Positions 26,856 to 36,946 of a DNA stretch of 64,000 bases are shown here, piece after piece. Below the pieces are notes generated by a model. That model was not told where the DNA came from, made no database searches, and was given only the letters and a program-made list of their open reading frames with translations. Numbering within the stretch: the first letter of the stretch is position 1; each line of letters begins with the position of its first letter. The position numbers and the translations under genes were made by a program. The DNA is from Candidatus Marinacidobacterales bacterium. Lineage in GTDB: Bacteria; Acidobacteriota; Vicinamibacteria; Marinacidobacterales; DATDRI01. The stretch is from the NCBI GenBank assembly GCA_965226495.1, contig OZ245365.1, positions 1,920,001 to 1,984,000 on the forward strand, read 5' to 3'.

Positions 26856-29102
26856 CTAGAAATCGAAGAGAAAGGTGAATTTAGCGATCAACGCGCGGTC
26901 CAAGCGCGCGCCGGTGATGGCGTCGCGGCGCTCGTTGTAGACGAGGAAGAAATTGGACAGCGGCCGGTGAATCCAATTGAAACGAAGGTTGCTGCTCCAT
27001 TCCTCGAGGACGGTGTTGTATTGAATGAGGCCATTGAGAAACATGCTGTTGCTAAAGGAGTAGTTGAACTGGCTGGTCACCAAATGGGTAATGAAGCTTC
27101 CCTCCACCAAATCCACGTCATTCGTCGAAAAGATAACTTGGGCGTTGAGGCTGGCGCCCAACCTTACCGTTCCGCCGACCGTCCAATCCCGCTTAGTTCC
27201 GGAGAAGAAGTCGCCGTAGCCGGCCCGGAAGTTGCCCGAGAGCGTCCGGCTAGGGTCGGTGTAGTAGAAGGCGAAGTACTCCGTGAAGTTATAGAGACCG
27301 GCGCTGACTACTGTCGTGGGGTGGATCTCGAAGGGCTCGAGCGTGAGATCCAGGGTCTCGTTTCGGCCGACTTGGATGATGCCGCCTTTTTGGAGGTAGA
27401 ACGGAATGTGGATGTTGAAATAGCGGTTAACCAGCTGCCCCTGTTGATCGGTGAAATAGTCGAACTCAGTATGGGCATTGATCTCCCGCATCCATCCTCG
27501 CCAGAACGGCTGCCGAATATGGAATCCGAGGTACGTGCTGGAGCGCCTGACGCCGACCCGTGGGGCGAAACCAACCTCAGGATTGAAATTGTCCTGCAGG
27601 CTCGACAGGGACGTGCGCAAATTGACGAAACTCCCGTCGAAATTGAACGCGAGCCGCCCAGCTAGGTCGTTCCCCTCGAGTCCTGGTGTCTCCGTCTTCG
27701 CGATGTACCCGAGGATCTCTACCTTGGAGCCCAACCGGAAATCGGCGTCGACGCCGAAGCTTCGATTGTACTGCGGTGAATCCATGGTCGCCCGGTTGAT
27801 GAACATGGCGCCCACATTGGAGGTCGCGAAGACGTCGCGCTTGACGCGGACCACGGTGAAGTTCTCCTCGTTAACAAAGGGCTCGAGGGCATCGGTTTGA
27901 ATAGTGAGGAAACCGAGCTGGTAAGGCCCCGCCCGCCCGGTCAAGCGCGCTCCTGCGATAATGGGAATGGGCGTTCCAATCTCCGAAAGCCCAATGCGAC
28001 GGCTGAAAAACAAGAGGAGGTCGTCACCTCGTGCCTGGGCGCCGCGGATGTTGGAGCCGACCAGGAGAGCGCCGAACTGGGCGCGGGCCAACTGAACCCT
28101 CTGTTTCTCTGGCGACCCGAAGCGGAAGACCCCGGAGTTCTCGAGGAAGAACTCCCTCTTCTCGGGAAGAAAGAGGCTGAAACGTGTCAGGTTGACTTGC
28201 TGCACGTCGGCCTCGACCTGTGAGAAGTCGGTATTCACAGTCAAATCCAGCGTGAGACCGGTCCCGATTCCCAGCTTGGAATCGAGTCCGCCGTCGATGT
28301 CTGTTTGCCGGCCCGTTATCCGCCTATCGGTCAGATCCCCTTTTGCGTACGGCGTCACCTTGATGTTTCGCCCGGGTTTGGTGCCGTGAAGATTGTCCAG
28401 CGTGCCGGCCAGCGAAACGCGGGGGAGCCGGTGAATCCGCGGCAGGGGTGACCAGTAGCTCTCCTCGTTCAAGCGCCGGACTCTTCGCACGAAGTTGATC
28501 CCCCAGGTTTGAACCTGCTGGTCACGGAAATTCAAGGACTTGAACGGTATGGCTATCTCGGTGCTCCAGCCTCGTGCGCCCACGGTACTGGCCACATGCC
28601 AAACGGCATCCCAGTTCACGTTGTACTCGGCGCCCTCGTTGAAAAATTGCGCGTCGTACTTCGCCCCTCCCGGATTAGTTTGGAAGATGTATCCGTTCCG
28701 ATGGTCGAGGAACGTATCGAGGACCACGCCGAAAGCATCACCGGAGCTGATGTTGAAATCGCGTGTGATGTCATTGAGTGTGATGCTGCCCGGATCGTCA
28801 TCGAGGGCCATCACTCCCAAATAGAGAGTATCGTCGTCGTAAACGACTTTGACCAGGGTATCGAAGGTCGCGGGTTGGCCTTCGTGAGGCTCGTTTTGAA
28901 TGAATCCCGAGGCTGCGGGTGCCTCTTCCCAAACTGCCTCGTCGAGCGAACCGTCGATGACGATGGAGCTGCCTGTACGAGTTGCCGATAGTCTTCGCTC
29001 CGTCCTCTCAGCTTTCCGGCTCGTGTTCTGCTGAGCGGTGAGGATCCCTGCGAAGCTGAAAGTTATCAGGGAGTAACCTAGGAGGCATCGGGCCCTCATC
29101 AA
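26856..29102 (-). CDS. CBM9-like / DUF5916 domain protein
   Basis: IDGSLDEAVW, WSTEIAIPFKSL, TVNTDFSQVEAD, EKREFFLE, FFSRRIG; barrel-like C-terminus ending in Phe. Confidence 0.85.
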   Translation of the reverse strand: MMRARCLLGYSLITFSFAGILTAQQNTSRKAERTERRLSATRTGSSIVIDGSLDEAVWEEAPAASGFIQNEPHEGQPATFDTLVKVVYDDDTLYLGVMALDDDPGSITLNDITRDFNISSGDAFGVVLDTFLDHRNGYIFQTNPGGAKYDAQFFNEGAEYNVNWDAVWHVASTVGARGWSTEIAIPFKSLNFRDQQVQTWGINFVRRVRRLNEESYWSPLPRIHRLPRVSLAGTLDNLHGTKPGRNIKVTPYAKGDLTDRRITGRQTDIDGGLDSKLGIGTGLTLDLTVNTDFSQVEADVQQVNLTRFSLFLPEKREFFLENSGVFRFGSPEKQRVQLARAQFGALLVGSNIRGAQARGDDLLLFFSRRIGLSEIGTPIPIIAGARLTGRAGPYQLGFLTIQTDALEPFVNEENFTVVRVKRDVFATSNVGAMFINRATMDSPQYNRSFGVDADFRLGSKVEILGYIAKTETPGLEGNDLAGRLAFNFDGSFVNLRTSLSSLQDNFNPEVGFAPRVGVRRSSTYLGFHIRQPFWRGWMREINAHTEFDYFTDQQGQLVNRYFNIHIPFYLQKGGIIQVGRNETLDLTLEPFEIHPTTVVSAGLYNFTEYFAFYYTDPSRTLSGNFRAGYGDFFSGTKRDWTVGGTVRLGASLNAQVIFSTNDVDLVEGSFITHLVTSQFNYSFSNSMFLNGLIQYNTVLEEWSSNLRFNWIHRPLSNFFLVYNERRDAITGARLDRALIAKFTFLFDF

Positions 29103-29309
29103 AGTGTCTTATCGCATACTGTATGCCGCCCGTCAATGAGTTTGCGGCCCCGGTCGCACGGTGGCACCGCCGACCGAATCTGGCGCCCTTCTTGCGTAAC
29201 TCCACTGAAACGCGAGAACTCCGTCCTTTTTCGAAAGTCCAACAGAAGCGAGTAGTGGGTTTTGTCGGCCATCCCTGTGGGGTTTCGGCCACGTACAGGA
29301 GCGCGAAAA

Positions 29310-30074
29310 ATGAACGAAAACGAAGTCCAACCCTCGGAAGACCTCCGATTCGACAAAGTAGACGGGAACGCCGACCAACTCGCGTGCGAGTTTTGTGAGA
29401 GCCAGATCCACGATGCTTACTTCGACGTGAACGGTCAGACGGCCTGTCAAAAATGCCGCTATACAGTCGAGGAGCAACGGAACAACCGTTCGTCTGCGGG
29501 CCGATTCCTTCGCGCTTTCTTCGCAGGAAGCGTGGCGGCAGTCGTAGGCGCCGGCATCTACTATGCGGTCTTGGCGCTTACAGGATATGAGTTCGGGCTC
29601 CTGGCGATCTTGGTGGGTTTCATGGTCGGCGTGGCCGTCAACTGGGGCTCTTACGCTCGCGGTGGTTGGGTGTATCAAGCACTCGCAGTGAGCCTTACGT
29701 ACGCGGCGATAGTGAGTACGTACGTTCCGTTCGTTTTCGAGGCATGGGAAGAAGAGGAGCCCGCGTTCGACGCGCAATCTGTCGATTCCATCGGCGCCGA
29801 GGGCGCCCAGGAGGAAGAAGTGATTTCCTTCAACACGCCCGCGGGAGCGCTCGAAGCCGAGGAAGGACCGCTGACGCCGGGTGATTTCTTCGTCGGGCTG
29901 GTTGCTTTCGTCTTTCTCGTGGCGGCGATACCTTTTCTTGCCGGTGTCGAGAACATCATCGGCCTTCTCATCATCGGATTCGGACTCTACGAGGCATGGA
30001 GGCTCAACCGCTATCGGGCTTTGATGATCGAGGGGCCGTTTAGGGTCGGGCAAGATCGAGCCAGCAGCCCCTAG
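29310..30074 (+). CDS. Hypothetical membrane protein with an N-terminal CxxC..CxxC motif
   Basis: RBS AGGAG; CEFC and CQKC followed by several hydrophobic segments. Confidence 0.75.
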   Translation: MNENEVQPSEDLRFDKVDGNADQLACEFCESQIHDAYFDVNGQTACQKCRYTVEEQRNNRSSAGRFLRAFFAGSVAAVVGAGIYYAVLALTGYEFGLLAILVGFMVGVAVNWGSYARGGWVYQALAVSLTYAAIVSTYVPFVFEAWEEEEPAFDAQSVDSIGAEGAQEEEVISFNTPAGALEAEEGPLTPGDFFVGLVAFVFLVAAIPFLAGVENIIGLLIIGFGLYEAWRLNRYRALMIEGPFRVGQDRASSP

Positions 30075-30107
30075 CCTTCTGCGTTCAGCGACGGGGCGCT
30101 CAGCTGT

Positions 30108-30701
30108 TTACTTGGCAAGCGCGGTCTTGCGAAAGGCGAAGTACAGAGACTCCTCGCACATGTCAGCAACGTCTTTTTGAGACGCGAACGGCCACTCTAG
30201 CACCGCTCGACGTGCCAACTGCTCGGAAATATCCCGCTCGCGGATCTTGTCCGCGAGCATCTGAGATACATCGCCGCTGTCGCGAAGAGTTAATCCGCGT
30301 AATAGTCGAGTGCGCACGATGAGGACATCTTCGAGGTTCGCGCGCAAGTCCTGCCTCAAGGCGGAAGCCGCCCCGGCGGAGACCGCACCGTCGGGGAGCA
30401 ACCGCTCGATGCGATCTGCAAGCTCGGGCGCCACTCCCAAGATATAGAGCTCTTCCAACCTGTCGCCTTGTTCTCTCGTTACGACGGTTTGTCCTCGCTC
30501 GACGACCTCGATCAAGGAGTCGACCGAGAATGTCAACTGGTCGTAACGGGCTTGCGCCTTGGGTTGCATGAAGAGCACGTAATACAACACCAAGAATACG
30601 GCCAATCCGAATGTGCCGGTGAGCTGCATTGCCACCGACCAAGCTTCCGGCAATCCAAGAGTTCCGAGCCGGGGCTTGGTTGATTCGTCGTTGTTGTTCA
30701 T
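30108..30701 (-). CDS. Hypothetical protein with one N-terminal transmembrane helix
   Basis: RBS GGAGG; hydrophobic GTFGLAVFLVLYYVLF followed by a helical region. Confidence 0.7.
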   Translation of the reverse strand: MNNNDESTKPRLGTLGLPEAWSVAMQLTGTFGLAVFLVLYYVLFMQPKAQARYDQLTFSVDSLIEVVERGQTVVTREQGDRLEELYILGVAPELADRIERLLPDGAVSAGAASALRQDLRANLEDVLIVRTRLLRGLTLRDSGDVSQMLADKIRERDISEQLARRAVLEWPFASQKDVADMCEESLYFAFRKTALAK

Positions 30702-30889
30702 TGCACACCTCCGCAGGAACCCCTGACCGATCCCAGTGTAGCGCTCGGAGAGTCCTCGTGTCGGTGACCGGTGTCCTAATCCTCGGAGTTTAGAAATGAA
30801 ATGGAGGGGATTGCAGATTGCAACATGCGGGCTAGATCACTTCGCTCGGAACGAGAAGGGAGGAGAATCGGGGTGTCGGAGGAGACTTT

Positions 30890-31573
30890 ATGGCGCGGAA
30901 GTATCGGGTCAGAAACCGAGACACCCTTAGGAAGATAGCAGAGCGTTTCTACAGGGAGGCGGAGTGCTTCGAGAAGCTAGCGCTTTACAACGGCATCCTC
31001 GACCCGGACCGGATCGGGATTGGGCAATGGATCGAGATTCCGTCAAAGCGGGAGCTTTTGGGAGCGAGCCTGCCGCGCGGCGGCCGCCTGGTGCGTCCCC
31101 ATGGCCTGGAAGAAATATTATCCACCTTCGGCGACATCTATGACTTTATCCTAGACGATGGGACGCTGGACCCCAGATGGGAATCGGAGTACCTGGCGAG
31201 GACCCAACTGCCGTTCCCGATCCCACTGTCGTGGGAGCCGTCGACAGTCGTCCGCTCGCTCTATTGCCACTCGCGCCTAGCGGAACTGTTTGCTGAGGTC
31301 TTTTCCGTGCTCGATATCGAGGGGCTGAGGGGAGCCATTCGAACGTACGGAGGGTGCTTCAATTTCCGAAGCAAGCGGACGCACAGCAAGCTATCCTCTC
31401 ACTCCTGGGGCATCTCGATCGACCTAAACCCGGAGACGAACTGGCCGGGAGAAAAAGGAGATATGGACGAGGCAGTCGTCAACGTGTTTCGAAGCTTCGG
31501 TTTCGAATGGGGTGGCGACTGGTCCTATCGATCGAAAGACCCCATGCATTTTCAATTTTGTACGGGTTACTGA
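30890..31573 (+). CDS. LysM plus M15-family peptidoglycan peptidase
   Basis: YRVR..DTL..IA..FY LysM; SSHSWGISIDLN, WGGDW and DPMHFQ zinc motifs. Confidence 0.88.
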   Translation: MARKYRVRNRDTLRKIAERFYREAECFEKLALYNGILDPDRIGIGQWIEIPSKRELLGASLPRGGRLVRPHGLEEILSTFGDIYDFILDDGTLDPRWESEYLARTQLPFPIPLSWEPSTVVRSLYCHSRLAELFAEVFSVLDIEGLRGAIRTYGGCFNFRSKRTHSKLSSHSWGISIDLNPETNWPGEKGDMDEAVVNVFRSFGFEWGGDWSYRSKDPMHFQFCTGY

Positions 31574-31589
31574 GACGGGAGGGGTGTTG

Positions 31590-33551
31590 CTATTCGGAGG
31601 AGTCCTTTCCGTGCGACTCCTCCAAATAAGTGTAGCCTTCCAGACCTTCTTCATAGAAGCGGAGGAGGCGTCCCGATTCTTCGTAGCCTATCTTGCCTGC
31701 TCTCAGAGCGGCTTCCACGTCCCGGCGGAAGTCGGAAAGCAGGTTTTCGGCCGAGAACTGAACATATTTCAAGACCTCGCGAACGGTATCGCCTTTGATG
31801 ACTGTGTCGAGCATGACGTTACCGTCGTCGCCCAGGCTGACGTGGACTGCGTGCGTATCACCGAGAAGGTTGTGAAGGTCGCCGAGGATCTCCTGATACG
31901 CGCCGATGAGGAATGCACCAATGTAGTAGGGTGGCCTATCGAAAGGGTGGAGCGAGAGCGTCTGCTTCAGCTCCCTGCGATCGATGAAGCGATCCACCTT
32001 TCCATCGGAGTCGCAGGAGATGTCGCCGAGCACCGCCTCACGGGTCGGCTTTTCGTCCAGCCGTTGGATGGGCATGATCGGAAAGAGTTGTTTGATCGCC
32101 CAGGCGTCCGGCATACTCTGGAACACCGAGAAGTTGCAAAAATACGTGTCGGATAAGGCCGCCTCCAATCCGACGAGCTCGTCGGGCACGTACTCGAGCT
32201 CGGAAGCTAGTTTCGAAACGCGGCGACGAATTCTCCAGTACAGGTTCTCTGCCAAAACGCGCTGCTCGAGAGGAAGGTAGCCCAGGCTGAAGAGGTTCAG
32301 CACTTGGTCGAAGGCTTGCTGCGCATCGTGGAGGCTTTCGAGGATGTTCTCAGCGTCTAGCTCGTCATGAGTCTGCTGAAGGTCATAGACCGGTTGCTCG
32401 TCGTCTTCGGATGCTTTGGGAAGTTCCTGGTCTTCTCTTGGACCCAGCTCGCTGACTCCCAGCACATCGAACACTAGAGCACTGTGATACGCGACGATCG
32501 CTCGGCCGCTCTCAGAAAGGATCGTAGGGTGCGGGATTTCTGCTTCCTCGCACACGTTCTGAACATGGAAGACGATGTCGTTCGCGTACTCCTGCAGCGT
32601 ATAGTTCACGCTGGAATCGAAATCGGTCTGGGAGCCGTCGTAGTCAATGCCCAGTCCGCCACCCACGTCGATGAACTTCATGCCCGCGCCGTGGCGGGCG
32701 AGCTCTGCGTACATGCGGGCTCCCTCGATCACGGCGGCCTTGATCTGGCGAATATCGCTGATCTGACTGCCGAGGTGAAAGTGGAGCAGCTCGACGCAGT
32801 CGGCCATGCCGGTTTCTTTCAACTGCTCCACAGCGCTCAGCGCCTCTCCCGCAGTGAGGCCGAACTTCGATCGGTAGCCGCCTGACTCCGTCCACCGGCC
32901 GGCACCGCGGCTCGCCAACCTTACCCGCAAGCCGATGCGGGGGCGTACTCCGACGCGGTGGGAGTGCCGAGTGATGAAGTCCAGTTCGTTCGCCTTCTCG
33001 ACGACGGGTATGATGTTGCGGCCGATCTTCTTGGCGAGCATCACCATTTCGATGTACTCGTCGTCTTTGAATCCGTTGCAGACGATCGGGGTCTCGTTGT
33101 CCGCGATGGCGAGGACGGCTAGGAGCTCCGCCTTGGAGCCGACCTCCAGCCCGTATCCGTAGGGGCGGCCGAATTCAAGGACCTCTTCGACGACCTGACG
33201 TTGCTGGTTGACCTTGATGGGGTACACGCAGCAGTAACGCCCCTGGTAGCCATGGTCCCGCATGGCTTCCTGAAAGGCACTATGGATCTCGCCCAGACGT
33301 TGCTTAAGGATGCCGGCAAAGCGAATCAGGATTGGAGTAGAGATTCCGCGGAGCACGAGGGTATCGGTGAGCTCCCTCAAGTCGATGGATTGGCGCGGGT
33401 CCTTGTTCGGATGCACGAGAAGGTGGCCGTTCTCGCCGACCGAAAAGTAACCTTTGCCCCACCGGGCTACGTCGTAATGTTCACTGGAGTCGTTGGCAGT
33501 CCAAGCGCGTGCACCGTTGAGCACACTCTTCGTCGAAGGTTTACCTTGCAA
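31590..33551 (-). CDS. speA: Biosynthetic arginine decarboxylase
   Basis: VYPIKVNQ, LHFHLGSQI, DVGGGLGIDYDGS, DISCDSDG, GAYQEILGDLHNL. Confidence 0.96.
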   Translation of the reverse strand: MQGKPSTKSVLNGARAWTANDSSEHYDVARWGKGYFSVGENGHLLVHPNKDPRQSIDLRELTDTLVLRGISTPILIRFAGILKQRLGEIHSAFQEAMRDHGYQGRYCCVYPIKVNQQRQVVEEVLEFGRPYGYGLEVGSKAELLAVLAIADNETPIVCNGFKDDEYIEMVMLAKKIGRNIIPVVEKANELDFITRHSHRVGVRPRIGLRVRLASRGAGRWTESGGYRSKFGLTAGEALSAVEQLKETGMADCVELLHFHLGSQISDIRQIKAAVIEGARMYAELARHGAGMKFIDVGGGLGIDYDGSQTDFDSSVNYTLQEYANDIVFHVQNVCEEAEIPHPTILSESGRAIVAYHSALVFDVLGVSELGPREDQELPKASEDDEQPVYDLQQTHDELDAENILESLHDAQQAFDQVLNLFSLGYLPLEQRVLAENLYWRIRRRVSKLASELEYVPDELVGLEAALSDTYFCNFSVFQSMPDAWAIKQLFPIMPIQRLDEKPTREAVLGDISCDSDGKVDRFIDRRELKQTLSLHPFDRPPYYIGAFLIGAYQEILGDLHNLLGDTHAVHVSLGDDGNVMLDTVIKGDTVREVLKYVQFSAENLLSDFRRDVEAALRAGKIGYEESGRLLRFYEEGLEGYTYLEESHGKDSSE

Positions 33552-33733
33552 GCTGTCTCTCCCTGGAATTCTCTAGGACACCATTGTGCGTCCGAATTGC
33601 CGTGGAGGCAAACAAAAAGCCACGTTTCAAATCCTACCAGGACGCCAAAAGGTTGGGTTGCTTCTATCGATGGAGCCAGACGCCGGTCGCGCGCGCTTGC
33701 CGCGTCGGCGGTCGGATGCCATAGTCAAGGGAT

Positions 33734-34135
33734 ATGACAGAGTCCAGGGACCGTGGGGCCGCGCGGGAGAGCCAAGTTCGTGCGGCACAGTCGGTGGGAG
33801 CTCACGTCACCCGTCGGCACATTTTTTTATGTTCTGATCAGACCAAGCCCAAGTGCAGCGAGAGGGAGCGATCGATCGCCGCCTGGAATTACCTGAAGCA
33901 GCGTCTCAAAGAGCTGGGTCTCTCGGAGCAGGGCGGCATCTTTCGGACCAAGGCCAACTGCCTCCGGGTTTGCGAAGGTGGGCCCATCGCGGTGGTTTAT
34001 CCCGAAGGCGCTTGGTACGGCGGGTGCGATCCGCCGGTTCTCGAGCGGATCATCCAAGAGCATTTGGTGAACGGCCAAATCGTTGAAGAGCACGTGATCC
34101 TAGCGCGTACTCTCGAGCCGGGCTCTGGCAGCTAA
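33734..34135 (+). CDS. Thioredoxin-like [2Fe-2S] ferredoxin
   Basis: HIFLC...[24 protein letters not shown]. Confidence 0.88.
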   Translation: MTESRDRGAARESQVRAAQSVGAHVTRRHIFLCSDQTKPKCSERERSIAAWNYLKQRLKELGLSEQGGIFRTKANCLRVCEGGPIAVVYPEGAWYGGCDPPVLERIIQEHLVNGQIVEEHVILARTLEPGSGS

Positions 34136-34144
34136 TGGAAATTC

Positions 34145-34594
34145 CTACTCTCCGATATCCTCGGCCCAAAGATCGGGTTTTTCACGCTGCAAGCGCTCCA
34201 TAAGGCGGACGCAACGGGGGTCGTCTAGGAGCACTAGCTCGATGTCGCTGGTTCGCATCCAGTCCTCGGCGCCCATGAACGTTCGGTTCTCTCCGATGAT
34301 GACCCGCGGGATCTGGAAGAGGATGGCGGTACCCGAGCACATGGGGCAGGGGCTGAGCGTGGACACCAGGGTCAGCTGCCTCCAGTCCCGCCTCCTTCCG
34401 GCATTCCGGATGCACACGACTTCGGCGTGGGCGGTCGGATCCCCACTTTGGACGCGTTCGTTGTGGCCGCGCGCTACGATTTGGCCGCCCTGGTTCACGA
34501 GGACGGAGCCGATCGGAATGCCTCCCTGCGTCCATGACTCTTCTGCCTGGGCAAGCGCCGCTTCCATCCACTGATGGAACGAGTTCTGATCCAT
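34145..34594 (-). CDS. Cytosine/nucleoside deaminase (CDA fold)
   Basis: HAE and PCPMC zinc motifs; PDLWAEDIGE end typical of small cytosine deaminases. Confidence 0.9.
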   Translation of the reverse strand: MDQNSFHQWMEAALAQAEESWTQGGIPIGSVLVNQGGQIVARGHNERVQSGDPTAHAEVVCIRNAGRRRDWRQLTLVSTLSPCPMCSGTAILFQIPRVIIGENRTFMGAEDWMRTSDIELVLLDDPRCVRLMERLQREKPDLWAEDIGE

Positions 34595-34670
34595 GGATGG
34601 GGATCATTATTGAAAGTACTACGTGGGAGCAAACGGCAGGGGACTGCGGGAAGGGAAGGCCTATCCAGGG

Positions 34671-35261
34671 CTAGATCAAATTGGCTTTGGTCAGCGTGTC
34701 TTCCACCAACTCGTAGACGTAGTTGCTAAGTCGACCGCGGCTCCTGTCATCGAAGTTTAGGAACTGAACTCCGGCACCCTCGAGCAGTGTGTCCTTGCGC
34801 CCGGCCCCAGGGTTCTTCCAGGCGACCCGTCCTTCGAGCTCGAGGGGCATCTCCTCTCGAAACGTACAGAACGTGAGACGTAGCCAACTGCCTTCCGGGA
34901 AGGGAACCATCGCGTGGACGTACGCCCCACCGGTGCTGATATCCTGGAGTCGACCCGAGAAGAAATTTAGCGGGGTCTCGCAGAGTACGTCCACCTCCGC
35001 AGGCACCCGGAGATACTCAATCGGTATCTGATTTCTTAGATCGGAACGCGATGTTTTCTTTCCAGTCCGTTCACTCGCACCGGGTTGGTACAATCCGGAG
35101 AAGATGCTGTCCAAGGTGAAGACGATTTGCTGCCACTCCTTTTCCAGTCTCGGATCGAGCTCTCCGCCTTGGAGGTTTCGCATCTGGAATAGGGTGGAGT
35201 ATTGCTTGAAAACCTGAACGATTGGGACGCTCGTCGTGGCCATAATGATCCTTCCTGCCAA
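34671..35261 (-). CDS. PilZ domain protein
   Basis: DISTGG motif, GRVAW, GAGVQF. Confidence 0.8.
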   Translation of the reverse strand: MAGRIIMATTSVPIVQVFKQYSTLFQMRNLQGGELDPRLEKEWQQIVFTLDSIFSGLYQPGASERTGKKTSRSDLRNQIPIEYLRVPAEVDVLCETPLNFFSGRLQDISTGGAYVHAMVPFPEGSWLRLTFCTFREEMPLELEGRVAWKNPGAGRKDTLLEGAGVQFLNFDDRSRGRLSNYVYELVEDTLTKANLI

Positions 35262-35566
35262 CTTCCAAGTACAAGATCCATTCCACCCTTCTGTTTTGGA
35301 GGTGAGACTACCCCTCGCATCGACAGGAAGTCTTTTGAAATGAGTCTATTAGTTGGTGTGGCCGCGTGTCAGGAAGGTATCGTTCCAACGCCTGGAGTGG
35401 TACGGCGACCGGGGTCACTTTACTCCGATCACATGGGGGTTTCCCCACGCGCGTGTGTGCGATCCCCCGCGAGGGCCGTCTGACGAGGTCTATACTGGCA
35501 GTGCGTCTATTGACGGCGAGAACGGAGTGTAAGCAGCGGCGTGATGGCCTGGATGGCCCGCCCGTT

Positions 35567-36853
35567 TCATTCCTCACGAATTCTAAAACGTCGAGCCTTT
35601 AACTCGTATCGCGGCAAACTCCCGGCCGCGACGGGGCGAACGGTCGCTTGCAGTCCTAGTCGCGTCGCAACTGTCCGAGACAATTCCGTGCACACGGCGT
35701 CTTGCCGTGTCTCCGGCAGCACTTCCACCCGAATTTCCATCTCCAACATCTCACGATGTCGGAACACCTCGACTTCGAACTCTACGATTTCGTTTTGCGT
35801 TCTGACCAGCTCTTCCACTGCACTTGGATACACGTTCATGCCGCGGAGTTGAATCATGTCATCCGCCCGACCTAGGACGGCCCCGGGAAAGAAGACGTAG
35901 GGGCTACCGCATTCGCAAGCATCCTCCCCCAACCGCACGATGTCTCCGGTCCGGTAACGCACCACGGGCATATCCCAGCGGCCGAGATTGGTCAGAACGA
36001 GCTCCCCACTTTCACCGAGTCCAACCGGGCGGTGGCCGCCGACCTCTAACACTTCTCCGATGAATTCCGATTCCAACAGATGCATACCCGCTCCCGCGGG
36101 GCATTCATACCCCCATGCGCCAACTTCGGTGGAGCCAGCGTGATCGAACGCACGGGCGCCCCATGCCTCCTCGATCCGCCGTCGGGTCGCGGGGATGCTG
36201 GCACCCGGCTCGCCGGCGTGTATCGTCATCCTGACCGAGTCCGACGAGAGGTCGATTCCGTTTTCCCGTGCCACCTCTGCCAACCGAAGCGCGTAGGTGG
36301 GCGTGGAGAGGAGAACTGTGGCCCGGCTGTCGCGGATCCAATCAAGGCGTTGCAACGAGCTCTGCGCGCCGCCGGCTACCACCATCGCTCCGAGTTCTTT
36401 GGCTGCTTCGAAGCCGCCCCAGAATCCCATGAACGGACCGAACCCGAAAGCTGCGAAGACGACGTCCTCGCAATCGAGATCGGCGGCTCGGTAGATCTCC
36501 CGCCAGCAGCGGATGAACCACGACCACGTGCGATCTGTGTCGAGCCATTTGAGCTTCCTACCGGTCGTACCAGAAGTTGTGTGGACACGGGTATATCGTG
36601 CGAGAGGCGAAGTGAGATTCGTTCCGTACGGCGGGTGCTCTTCCTGGTCACGGACGAGCTCGTCCTTGGCGGTAAAGGGCAGAGAGAGGATGTCTTCTGC
36701 GCTGACCAGAGGTAACTTCGTGCTTTCGAGTTTGGCTTCGTAGAAGCGGTTTTGACGTCTCAATCGACCAAGTCCGTCGTTCAACTTGATCAGCTGAAGG
36801 CGGGCGAGCGCCTTTCGTCTCCGTGCTAAGTCGGCGGTGCTCTTCTTTTTCAT
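35567..36853 (-). CDS. Phenylacetate-CoA ligase family protein
   Basis: TTSGTTG, HAGEPG, RYRTGD, GRADDM...GMNVYPS. Confidence 0.88.
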   Translation of the reverse strand: MKKKSTADLARRRKALARLQLIKLNDGLGRLRRQNRFYEAKLESTKLPLVSAEDILSLPFTAKDELVRDQEEHPPYGTNLTSPLARYTRVHTTSGTTGRKLKWLDTDRTWSWFIRCWREIYRAADLDCEDVVFAAFGFGPFMGFWGGFEAAKELGAMVVAGGAQSSLQRLDWIRDSRATVLLSTPTYALRLAEVARENGIDLSSDSVRMTIHAGEPGASIPATRRRIEEAWGARAFDHAGSTEVGAWGYECPAGAGMHLLESEFIGEVLEVGGHRPVGLGESGELVLTNLGRWDMPVVRYRTGDIVRLGEDACECGSPYVFFPGAVLGRADDMIQLRGMNVYPSAVEELVRTQNEIVEFEVEVFRHREMLEMEIRVEVLPETRQDAVCTELSRTVATRLGLQATVRPVAAGSLPRYELKARRFRIREE

Positions 36854-36946
36854 ATCCGATACCGTGACGGCTATTCCCAGACCAAAGAGTAGATCAAAAT
36901 GCGGTCGACTTCGAGGGGCAGCGAGATTCTGATATGCTCTCGGTCG

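Noticed and set aside
35262-35566. c-di-GMP riboswitch upstream of the PilZ gene
   Set aside because: No GGCAAAC..GGGACGCAAAGC class I core is visible on either strand; an Infernal/Rfam scan would be needed.
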